From positions 1-48,803 of the IMG/VR virus record IMGVR_UViG_3300035014_000025: a stretch of DNA of 48,803 nt. One strand, 5' to 3'. The position numbers were made by a program, and so were the translations under genes. The DNA is from a virus (Duplodnaviria > Caudoviricetes). Shown piece by piece: positions 19,186 through 27,106 of the stretch. Below the pieces are notes generated by a model. It had not been told where the DNA came from and made no database searches. It worked only from the letters and a program-made list of their open reading frames with translations. The stretch's first letter is position 1. Every line of letters begins with the position of its first letter.

Positions 19186-19463
19186 CAGGGATGAAGCCGT
19201 AGCCCGCCGCTGACAACCCACGCTATCACGGCGGCTACAACGCTGCCCCCAATCGCGGTGAGCAGCCAAAAGCCCAACCGGTTCCAGCCCTCGATGCTGG
19301 AGTTCATGTTGGTCAGCTTCAGCTCGATCAGCTCGCGGAGTCCATCGAGCTTGTCGTCGAAACTTTTCGTCGCCGCCTCGATAACGGCGAGGCGCAACGT
19401 GAAGTCGTCCACTCGGCGGGTAAGCTGCGTGATGTCGCTCCGCATGCGTTCCATCTCATCCAT
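19185..19463 (-). CDS. Coiled-coil protein with C-terminal membrane helix (lysis cassette)
   Basis: Heptad N-terminus followed by LGFWLLTAIGGSVVAAVIAWVV. Confidence 0.7.
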   Translation of the reverse strand: MDEMERMRSDITQLTRRVDDFTLRLAVIEAATKSFDDKLDGLRELIELKLTNMNSSIEGWNRLGFWLLTAIGGSVVAAVIAWVVSGGLRLHP

Positions 19464-19503
19464 TCCGCCGCAATATCCTATCGAGCCCTGATCTATCGGC
19501 GTC

Positions 19504-20037
19504 TCAGACGACGCCGGCCTTCTTTTCTTCGCTGCGCTGCCAGATCTGAACGCCGAGCACCGCGCAGCCCGCCGCGAGCATGGTGATGAGCAGGCCCGTG
19601 ACTGCCTCGACGCCCTGAAGCTGGCCGATCCAGATGCCGCGGCAGACGGTGACGGCGATCATCACGAAGCAGAACGTGAAGGCGAGCGCGAAGATCGGGC
19701 GCCAGCGCTGTGCAAGCCATCCTTCGGTCTTGGCGTCGTTCAGGAGCACCTGCTGGTAGCCCACCATAACGTCGCGATTGGCTTCAGCGATCCGTGCCAT
19801 CTCGTCGGTAAAGCGCTGCTCGACATCGCGAACGACCGGCGCCGCCGCCACGGGATCGCGCTCAATGGCCTGCGTTACCGCTTCGGGCGTCGGGTCGGTA
19901 TGGAGCGCCTCGGCCAGAGCGTCGATAGCCGCGCCCGCCAGCATGCCGCCGACCCCGCCGATCGACTTCTGCACGACGGATTTCAGGACGGGCGCGCCGG
20001 CCTGTAACAGCTTGTCACCGAGCGATTTGAGGTCCAC
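19504..20037 (-). CDS. Holin (3TM/GTA-holin-like)
   Basis: WLAQRWRP motif followed by two hydrophobic helices and RSEEKKAG; adjacent to the endolysin. Confidence 0.75.
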   Translation of the reverse strand: MDLKSLGDKLLQAGAPVLKSVVQKSIGGVGGMLAGAAIDALAEALHTDPTPEAVTQAIERDPVAAAPVVRDVEQRFTDEMARIAEANRDVMVGYQQVLLNDAKTEGWLAQRWRPIFALAFTFCFVMIAVTVCRGIWIGQLQGVEAVTGLLITMLAAGCAVLGVQIWQRSEEKKAGVV

Positions 20038-20049
20038 GACGTGCTCCTG

Positions 20050-20997
20050 TCAGAGTTTCTTGAAGGCGGCGACGAGCTCGTCACGATAGCGCCAGGCCAG
20101 CCAGGCAAGAACCGCCGCGGCGACGGCGAGCCCACCCCACGGCAGCACATCGCCGACCCAGCCGAGATCGTGAACGGGCGCGTCGGCGGGCAACTGCACG
20201 CTATCGCCGGCGCCGGTCACGTCCTCGCCAACGCCCGCCACGACCGAGCCGCCGCCAATCGTTACGGTCGTGGTGGCGGCCTTCTTCAGGTCGATAGCGC
20301 GTTGCAGCGCCGAGAGCGTGGCGGCTCCGATAACGCCGTCGACGAGCAGATTGCCGTGATCTTTCTGAAAGCGCTTGGTCGCCTCGATGGTGCGGCCGCC
20401 CGGAATGCCGTCGGCCCGGCCACAGTCGTAGCCGAGGTCATTGAGCCAGAGCTGCGCCTGCTGGATGTCGACCGTATCGATGTGCGGCGCAGGGGCGGTA
20501 GTCGCTTCAGTCACCCACGACGGCCAGGTGTTGTATTCGGCGATGTCAGCTTCTTCGCCGCGCCGGCGCACAAGGCCGGGCAGACGCTTGCCGCCCGCAG
20601 TCGTGCCGGTCTTGCGCAGAAGTTCAGCGCCGGCGGCTACAGCGCCGCGAGCGATCGATCCGGCCCACTTCCAGCCCAGAGCACCGGGGCCGAGATTGTA
20701 AACGGCCGAGCACCCGGCCTCGATGACGTTGATGGGCTTGCCGCCGAACTTGGCCTGGACCGCCGGCAGCGCGTCGTGCTCGAGGATGGCCAACAGCACA
20801 GCGTAGGCGTCGGCCTGAGTGATGGTGTCGCCGCGGCGCATCTTGCGGCCGTGCTTCTGCATCCACCAGTCGCGAAATACCGGGTTGCCCCAGGTGAAGC
20901 CGTACCCGATGGTCGGCACGCCGGCGGGGTCGAGATACCAGCTCGAAACGAACCCCTCGTGGCCACCGATGAAGTTTACGATGCGCGCGGTGAGAAT
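20050..20997 (-). CDS. Endolysin: GH24 lysozyme + peptidoglycan-binding domain + C-terminal TM; putative ATT start
   Basis: HEG...YLDPAGVPTIGYG catalytic E/D/T, LPGLVRRR, DGIPGGRT...VDGVIGAAT; GGAG-CACCGAA-ATT at 21008-20995. Confidence 0.85.
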   Translation of the reverse strand: MLTARIVNFIGGHEGFVSSWYLDPAGVPTIGYGFTWGNPVFRDWWMQKHGRKMRRGDTITQADAYAVLLAILEHDALPAVQAKFGGKPINVIEAGCSAVYNLGPGALGWKWAGSIARGAVAAGAELLRKTGTTAGGKRLPGLVRRRGEEADIAEYNTWPSWVTEATTAPAPHIDTVDIQQAQLWLNDLGYDCGRADGIPGGRTIEATKRFQKDHGNLLVDGVIGAATLSALQRAIDLKKAATTTVTIGGGSVVAGVGEDVTGAGDSVQLPADAPVHDLGWVGDVLPWGGLAVAAAVLAWLAWRYRDELVAAFKKL

Positions 20998-21089
20998 TTC
21001 GGTGCTCCGCAGTGTCGGCCAATGTCTGTCGCTAATCCGGACATTACACGACAAGCTGCCGCGCTGGAAGAGGCTGCGGCCGGGGGTGA

Positions 21090-22403
21090 TTACTGATCGC
21101 CGAAGCAGACGAAATCCCAACCGATGCCGGGAGCGACCGAGCCCGCGTTCGAGCTCACGTCGTAGCGGGTCAGCACGAAGCTGTTCGTGGTCTTGCCGGA
21201 CACTGTCGCCACACCATCATCATTGCTGGAACCGGTGCTCGTCGCCACAACAACGTAGTTCGTCGACGAAAACGGCGTCGTCAACGTCACGGTGACGGTA
21301 TTCCCGTTATCCGTAATCGACGCGACGTTGTAACCGCTAGAAAGCACGGAAGTGCTGCCGCCGGTAATGACGCCCCACGCTTTGGCGGCTGACGGATGCC
21401 GATGCTGCGTCCCCGGAGCCACGTAGACGTTTGTCGCCGTTCCGGTCTCCTGCTGCGCTGCCGAGGCGGCTGCCGTGGCCGCCGAGCTTTGCAAGTACCG
21501 AGTATCGAAAAACGCCTGGAGCGTGGCTTTCAGATTGGCCCAGGTGAGCTTCTTGGTAGCACTCGACGCAGCGCTATCGGACATCGGCAGCGTATCGGCA
21601 TCGACTGGCGTGACCTTCGACGTACCGCCGGCGGTCAGCGCGCCAAGTGCGGCCCACACACCGGCCTTAAGGCCGGACCAGGACAGGCTCTTGGTCGCGC
21701 TCGATGCTTCGCTATCGGCGATCCCGAAAGTATCGCCGTCAACCGGCGTCGTTTTGCCCGTCTGCGCCGCAATAAGCGGCCCCAGCTTCGCCCCGACCCA
21801 GGTGGCGAGCGCGCCGAAGGTCAACCCGCGCAGATTGCCGGAGTTCTCGCTGTCGACGAGCGGCAGCTTGTCCGCATCAACGGGCGTCGCCTTCGTCGTG
21901 ACGTTGGCCACGCCTTCGGCCACGCTCTCTTCCTGGCCGATGACGTTGCGGAAGCCCGCGGCCGCCGTGGCGTCCAGCTTGATAGGCGTCACCGAGCCGT
22001 CGGTGAGCGCGATGGCGGAGAAGGTGAGCAGGAACGTCCAGGTCAGCGGGTCGAGATCCGGGCGCGTGCCCGGCGCCGACGTGTGCGTCAGGTTGGCCTT
22101 GTAGAAGGTGTTTCCGTAGGTCACACCATCGCCGGCCTTGTACGCGGTCGCCGTCGCCCAGCCGCCGCGGAGGGTAAACCCGAGCACCAGCGTGTCGGAA
22201 AGCTGGTCCGTCCCGACCACCTTGTTGGCCAGCGCCCCGTCGGAACGCCGGATATTGCCCAGCGCGTCGATCGTCTCACTGATGGATTGCCCGATCTGGG
22301 AGAAATCGTTGTCGAGCTGCGCGCCGGGCTTGGGCGAGGCCGGATTGACGCTCTCGAAGCCGGAATACGAGTAGCTCGGATCGTACTTGGTCGGAACCGA
22401 CAT
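21090..22403 (-). CDS. Tail fibre/spike-anchoring protein
   Basis: Start moved to ATG 22403; anchor-like N-terminus, WATATAYKAGD module, three K-TPVD-D...DS repeats, C-terminal AKAW...YNVASITDNG domain. Confidence 0.75.
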   Translation of the reverse strand: MSVPTKYDPSYSYSGFESVNPASPKPGAQLDNDFSQIGQSISETIDALGNIRRSDGALANKVVGTDQLSDTLVLGFTLRGGWATATAYKAGDGVTYGNTFYKANLTHTSAPGTRPDLDPLTWTFLLTFSAIALTDGSVTPIKLDATAAAGFRNVIGQEESVAEGVANVTTKATPVDADKLPLVDSENSGNLRGLTFGALATWVGAKLGPLIAAQTGKTTPVDGDTFGIADSEASSATKSLSWSGLKAGVWAALGALTAGGTSKVTPVDADTLPMSDSAASSATKKLTWANLKATLQAFFDTRYLQSSAATAAASAAQQETGTATNVYVAPGTQHRHPSAAKAWGVITGGSTSVLSSGYNVASITDNGNTVTVTLTTPFSSTNYVVVATSTGSSNDDGVATVSGKTTNSFVLTRYDVSSNAGSVAPGIGWDFVCFGDQ

Positions 22404-22419
22404 CAGGGCGCCCTTGAAT

Positions 22420-22459
22420 TTGTCGGCCGACAATACCGGACGGCAACCTACACGGTCAA
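22420..22459 (-). promoter_or_regulatory. Putative late promoter with 14-bp palindrome
   Basis: TTGACC-N18-TATTGT overlapping TTGTCGGCCGACAA (22420-22433). Confidence 0.55.
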
Positions 22460-22812
22460 GCAGCGGCCTTCCATTGCCCGCGCTCGACGAGACTGTAGCC
22501 CTGCCCCCACACCGTGTTGATCTTGACGCCGAAGGGCTTCAGCTTTTTCCGGATCTTGCAGACGAAAACGTCGATGATCTTGATCTCGGGCTCTTCGTCG
22601 GGCCGACCGGAGTACAGCGCGGTCATAAGCTGCTCCTTGGTCGCCATGTCCCGCGCCGTCAGCGCCGAGAACAGTCGGGCCTCGGCCGCTGTCAGCCCCC
22701 ACTCGACGGGCAGCGGCGCGTTCGGCATCAGCGCCTGTTCAAGCTGACGAACGCGCTCGCGCAACGTATCGATCTCGGCCCGAAGATCGTCGACGATGTC
22801 TTCACGCAGCAT
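22456..22812 (-). CDS. CtrA-like OmpR/PhoB winged-helix protein lacking a receiver domain
   Basis: EPEIKIIDVFVCKIRKKL...INTVWGQGY closely matches the CtrA recognition helix and wing as I recall it (EPELKIIDVFICKLRKKL...IETVWGRGY); N-terminal coiled coil. Confidence 0.85.
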   Translation of the reverse strand: MLREDIVDDLRAEIDTLRERVRQLEQALMPNAPLPVEWGLTAAEARLFSALTARDMATKEQLMTALYSGRPDEEPEIKIIDVFVCKIRKKLKPFGVKINTVWGQGYSLVERGQWKAAA

Positions 22813-23620
22813 TCTTGAACTTCCGCCGGTTCATGAAGATCACCGATGCCAGCGCCCGCCAGAACGCCACCTTGCGCTCAGTGGCGAAGCGTTCGGCCTC
22901 CGCCTCGAGCGAACTCAGGTTCGCCGAAATCGCGATAGCGACACGCTCGTCGCTCATCTCGCCCTTGTACTCGGCGGCGAACAGCAGGTACTCAACCGCC
23001 TTCAGCAGGCCCGCCGAGATCGGCGCGGCGCCGCCCTTGACGCAAATATCCAGAATGCGCCGGGCGCCAGCGGCGTGTCGGCGGTTGATGAGCGCCCGCA
23101 GCGTCGTGACCGCCACCAGATCGCCGACATCGTAGCGGCCCATCGGCGGCGGGTTCTTGAGCACCTTGGCGCCAGCCCGTTCGCAGACCTGCTCGATCGT
23201 CACCGCGTCCTCGTCGCCAGCCGCTACAAGCGCACTGTGCAGCTGCGTCGGCGTGACCTGGATGCGGTCCCGGTTGTGCCGGACAAACGCCGTGGCCCGC
23301 GTCGCCTTCTCGTCGGCCTCGATTACTAGGACCGGCAACTCGGTGATGCCGCCGTGGGTCACCGCGGCGATGGCTGTGTGCTGGCCGTCGATGACCTCGA
23401 GCCGGCCTTCAACTTCGACTACGACGGGCGGCTTGAAAGCCCGCCAGTCCCAGCCGGCGACGATCTTGCGGATGAGCCGCATCGAGCGCTCGGAGAGGCC
23501 GCGCTGGTAGCTCTCGTCGACCCCCAGAGTGCGCGGATCGACAAGGCGGATTTCCGGCGGAGCGGTAGGGATCGCGTTGGGCGTTACGTCGGGGAGGTTA
23601 AGGGCCGTGATGGCGCGCAT
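22802..23620 (-). CDS. ParB/Srx-like N-terminal domain protein (DUF6551-like)
   Basis: VDESYQR and VIDGQHT motifs; overlaps the downstream wHTH gene. Confidence 0.75.
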   Translation of the reverse strand: MRAITALNLPDVTPNAIPTAPPEIRLVDPRTLGVDESYQRGLSERSMRLIRKIVAGWDWRAFKPPVVVEVEGRLEVIDGQHTAIAAVTHGGITELPVLVIEADEKATRATAFVRHNRDRIQVTPTQLHSALVAAGDEDAVTIEQVCERAGAKVLKNPPPMGRYDVGDLVAVTTLRALINRRHAAGARRILDICVKGGAAPISAGLLKAVEYLLFAAEYKGEMSDERVAIAISANLSSLEAEAERFATERKVAFWRALASVIFMNRRKFKNAA

Positions 23621-23650
23621 GGGGTTCTCGGTTGGTCGTGTTGGTCGTGT

Positions 23651-23696
23651 CTGATTTGTAGACCGACATTTGACGACAAGTCAACAGAGAGTTAAC
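23651..23696 (-). promoter_or_regulatory. Sigma70-like promoter with overlapping near-consensus CtrA box
   Basis: TTGACT-N18-TACAAAT; TTAA-N7-TTGA on minus at 23695-23681. Confidence 0.55.
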
Positions 23697-23830
23697 GCGG
23701 CTCGCCTCGCCATTCGCCCCTCCTATGGCCCCCGACCTAAGCCGAGGGCGGGGTTCCGGGCACTGCATGGGAGGCTGAGATTTCGCCTACATCCGCTTCG
23801 GCTCGAAAGGAGGAACCCCTATGAATTGGG

Positions 23831-24151
23831 TTATTCGGGGGCGCGGGCCGCGGCGGCCAGCCGCTCGCGCAGCAGGTAACCCTCGAGCTGCCAGATCTTG
23901 CCGCGGGCGTTGTCCCGGGCGATCTTCCGGCCGATCTGCTCGTCGAAGTTCTCGGGCGAGGCGGCCGCGCTTTCGCCGACGACCTGGAAGCCGTTGCGCA
24001 GCGTGAGCGCGCAGACGGTGAGCGTGGTGCCGGGGAAGACGTGGTAGGCCTCGGCGACGATCGTGTCGTCGATCAGCTGCGGGGTGAGGCGGGGAGCGTT
24101 GAGGCCCTTGGCCTGGATTTCGTTCTCGATCGCGGCTTCGTCTTTGCTCAT
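23831..24151 (-). CDS. Gp49/Sf6 gp66-family protein (candidate nucleotide-signal sponge)
   Basis: TLTVC-LTLRNGF-VVGESA-ASPENFD-QIGRKIA...KIWQLEGYLL signature; own promoter and GAGGA RBS. Confidence 0.8.
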   Translation of the reverse strand: MSKDEAAIENEIQAKGLNAPRLTPQLIDDTIVAEAYHVFPGTTLTVCALTLRNGFQVVGESAAASPENFDEQIGRKIARDNARGKIWQLEGYLLRERLAAAARAPE

Positions 24152-24184
24152 GACTTCCTCTTCGGGTTGAGCGTCGGGTGTCTC

Positions 24185-24221
24185 GTGTCCGGAATGTAGG
24201 CCGACAATTCCGACGCGTCAA
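24185..24221 (-). promoter_or_regulatory. Sigma70-like promoter
   Basis: TTGACG-N17-TACATT-CCGGACAC. Confidence 0.55.
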
Positions 24222-24463
24222 GCGGGCTCGATCGGGCCGGGGAGGCGGGGCGGACGGGTCGTCCGGTTCGTTTTTGGGGCGAATTTTTCTGTGCGCGTCT
24301 GACGCGGCTTCCGGTTCCGCCGGCCGACCCTATGGCAGGGGCCGGGTCCGGCCACAGGCCGGCCAGGCGGACGCCGCAACGCCGCAACAGTCTATCGCAT
24401 ACTGTTGCATACGCTTGAGCGGCAAGGCTTTGCGGCGTTGCGTTGGGCACTAGTTGGGCACAC

Positions 24464-24919
24464 TCACCCAAAAACGCCAGTATCGGGTTCATCGACGCGA
24501 TGCGCGTTGACCTCTTTGGCTTGGGCTGCGGCGTTGCGCTCGAGCTCGCCAATCGTCCGAGCGATCTGCTCTGGCGTCATCTCGTGAGGCTCGAGCGTGT
24601 CGGTACCTTCGGCGCTGATGCCTGAGTGCTTCACCAGGTTGACAGCTGCGTTGACCCGCGCGCCCGATGGCTGTTTCACGTCGCTGGCAATCTCGATCAG
24701 CACCCGCACCCCAACTTCGGCCCCTTCCGAGCGCAACCGGTCGCGAGCTGCGGCCCGCGATGCGGCCTGAATGCGCGGATCCTGCCGCTTCTGGCTTCCG
24801 ATGACGACCGGCTGCGAGTAGCCAGCCTTAGTGGCCGCATAGGTCGCGTCGCCCGTTTCGCCGTAGTGCTTAGCGAAGATACCCTCCATAGGCGTCAAGC
24901 GCCCCGTCTTATCCGGCAT
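24464..24919 (-). CDS. Terminase small subunit
   Basis: LTPME-IFA-HY...ATYAATKAGYS HTH pattern typical of TerS; ARVNAA helix. Confidence 0.7.
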   Translation of the reverse strand: MPDKTGRLTPMEGIFAKHYGETGDATYAATKAGYSQPVVIGSQKRQDPRIQAASRAAARDRLRSEGAEVGVRVLIEIASDVKQPSGARVNAAVNLVKHSGISAEGTDTLEPHEMTPEQIARTIGELERNAAAQAKEVNAHRVDEPDTGVFG

Positions 24920-24988
24920 GACCGTTAACCTGTTTCGAGTTTACGCTCCAAAACCTTAAGCTCGCTTGAGGTATGGCGCAATGCGATT

Positions 24989-25049
24989 TGTCGGTTTCGT
25001 CTGTTGACTTGTATGGCAATGCGACATACATATCCGACACACGCAACCC
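24989..25049 (+). promoter_or_regulatory. Early promoter, copy 1 of a ~60-bp element
   Basis: TGTCGGTTTCGTCTG-TTGACT-N17-TACATATCCGACACACGCAACCC; near-identical inverted copy at 32815-32876. Confidence 0.65.
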
Positions 25050-25062
25050 ACGGAGCGGACAA

Positions 25063-25695
25063 ATGCCACACGTCTTGACCAGAAGAGCCTACCACTTCGA
25101 CGAGCTTTCCCCAGCCGCAAAGGAACGCGCCCGCGATTGGTGGCGCGCCCTTGAGAACCAGGACTTCGACACGGAATACGTGATCGATGATGCGCAGCGC
25201 ATGGGCGCAATTCTCGGCATTGAGCTCGATACCAAGCCCGTCAAACTCATGGGCGGCGGGACGCGATACGACCCCGTCGTCTATTGGTCGCAAGGCGACG
25301 GCGCCTGTTTTGAAGGCCGCTATCGCTACGCCAAAGGCGCCAGCAAGGCTATCCGCGCCGAAGCGCCGAAAGACACGGAATTGCACCGTATCGCCGACGC
25401 GCTCCAGCGCGCGCAGCGCAAAGCCTTCTATCGCCTTGAAGCGCGTTGCCAGCACCGGGGACACTACTGCCATTCAGGCTGCATGAGCGTCGACGTGTCG
25501 GACGCTGACGACGATTACCGGACCTTGCCCGACGGCGCCGAGGACGCCATTACCGACGCGCTGCGCGACTTCGCCAACTGGATCTATCGCCAGTTGGAGC
25601 AGGAATACGAGTGGCGCATGGCCGACGATCAGGTCGACGACGCCATAACCGCCAACGAGTACGACTTCGACGAGCGCGGCAACCGCTTGGCCTAA
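25063..25695 (+). CDS. Conserved phage/plasmid hypothetical protein
   Basis: Start moved to ATG 25063 (GGAG RBS); FDELS-AAKERARDW, SQGDGACF and ANEYDF motifs. Confidence 0.75.
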   Translation: MPHVLTRRAYHFDELSPAAKERARDWWRALENQDFDTEYVIDDAQRMGAILGIELDTKPVKLMGGGTRYDPVVYWSQGDGACFEGRYRYAKGASKAIRAEAPKDTELHRIADALQRAQRKAFYRLEARCQHRGHYCHSGCMSVDVSDADDDYRTLPDGAEDAITDALRDFANWIYRQLEQEYEWRMADDQVDDAITANEYDFDERGNRLA

Positions 25696-25749
25696 CCCGT
25701 CCGTAATCGCAGCCGACACACCCGCCACACCCGACAAGGAAGCCCCGCC

Positions 25750-26028
25750 ATGACGATCATCGTCCGCATTCACGGCAAGCCCGTCACGCTGACCGACGCC
25801 ACGCTAGACGCCACTTGGCAGTGGTTTGCGAACCATGAGCGCGAATGCGCCCGCGCAGCCCAGGCGGGCGAATTTCGCGTGAACGATCTCGCCCGCTACG
25901 TCGAGCATTGCAATCAGAACGCTGCGCGCTATGACGCCCACAACACCGAGGGACGCCCCTTGTCCCTGACCTTCATCCAGCGCGCCTACTTCATCCAGAG
26001 CGGCGAAAGCGTGCCGATGCTCGCCTAG
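25750..26028 (+). CDS. Hypothetical protein
   Basis: AAGGA RBS plus ATG, 92 aa. Confidence 0.65.
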   Translation: MTIIVRIHGKPVTLTDATLDATWQWFANHERECARAAQAGEFRVNDLARYVEHCNQNAARYDAHNTEGRPLSLTFIQRAYFIQSGESVPMLA

Positions 26029-26087
26029 ACTGTCCGCAATAGCGACCGACAACCCCGACACACCGACCAAGCCAAGGAAACCGACCG

Positions 26088-26603
26088 ATGATTACCCCCG
26101 AAAATCTTGTTGCCCGCGAAGTGCACTACTGCGTTTCGTATCTCGTTTCGACGCTAGCCAATGGCGCCGGGCAGATGCTCAACGCCGCGCGCATGCGGGA
26201 GAGCTACAGGACCGCACCAGGTGCGGATCTGGCTGAGCTAACCGAACAAGCGGCCGAACTAGCTGCGCCCGTCGATGACTGGGAGGAAGCCGCGCGGCAA
26301 GCCGGATGGGTATCAGGCCCGGAAGGCACACCCCAGGATTGCGACTTCACCCACCCCGACAGCGATCAGGTTTACAACAATTGGGAGACCCTCTGCGATA
26401 GCGAGGGGATCGAGCCGTACCAGTGGGAAGTCTTCGAGCACTGGATTATTTCCGACTGGCTCGCCGACAAGCTCGAAGCGCATGGCGAGAAGGTCGACAA
26501 GGATTTTGCCGGCATGACGGTTTGGGCGCGCACCACAAGCGGCCAGGCTATCGCGGCCGATAGCGTGGTCGAGAAAATCTGCGCGGAGCTCAACGCCGCA
26601 TGA
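26088..26603 (+). CDS. Hypothetical protein
   Basis: AAGGA RBS; EVFEHWIISDWLADKL...VWARTTSGQAI segment. Confidence 0.7.
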   Translation: MITPENLVAREVHYCVSYLVSTLANGAGQMLNAARMRESYRTAPGADLAELTEQAAELAAPVDDWEEAARQAGWVSGPEGTPQDCDFTHPDSDQVYNNWETLCDSEGIEPYQWEVFEHWIISDWLADKLEAHGEKVDKDFAGMTVWARTTSGQAIAADSVVEKICAELNAA

Positions 26604-26696
26604 TTTTCCTGCTCGCCCTGGGGTGCGCACTGATCCTTTTGATCGCACTCCCCGCCCATATCATCGGCCGACTAGGCCACTACGTGGCAACCCGCC

Positions 26697-26876
26697 TCAG
26701 AAGATAACCAGCCGCCGCGCCACCCATAGCGCGGCGGCTTTGCTTCCGACATAGACCAGGCGCAACAGCCGGAACGGCCATGAGACAATCGCCCATGCGA
26801 TCTCGGCGCCGATCACCAGCATGCCTAACAAGATCGGCACCGCGAACAAGGCGCACACCGCCATCAGCACCAGCAT
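26697..26876 (-). CDS. Small membrane protein
   Basis: GGAGG RBS, ATG 26876, hydrophobic 59 aa. Confidence 0.45.
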   Translation of the reverse strand: MLVLMAVCALFAVPILLGMLVIGAEIAWAIVSWPFRLLRLVYVGSKAAALWVARRLVIF

Positions 26877-26937
26877 AATCCATCCTCCGCGCAACGCCGC
26901 GCCAGATGTATATCACCAGTGTTCGGCCCTTCCAAGT

Positions 26938-27101
26938 TTGCCGCAGTCCGTGCCGCAGTTGGTGCCTCAGTCGTGCCGTGCCGCAGTTGCCGCAGTGTAG
27001 TATACCCCTAAAGGGGTATGTACTAACTGCGGCAAGGCTACTGAGGGGAGGGTTGCCGCAGTCCGTGCCGCAGTTATTTTCAGACTGCGGCAACTGCGGC
27101 A
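26938..27101. repeat. Iteron-like TGCCGCAGT array around a hairpin; putative replication origin
   Basis: 6 exact forward copies, 3 exact inverted copies and 1 variant; ATACCCCT-AA-AGGGGTAT at 27002-27019; directly downstream of the primase-helicase. Confidence 0.7.
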
Positions 27102-27106
27102 AACCG

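Noticed and set aside
26938-27101. Repeat array as a CRISPR
   Set aside because: Units are 9 bp, in both orientations, without regular unique spacers; no cas operon. The Cas4-like gene is a usual phage replication nuclease
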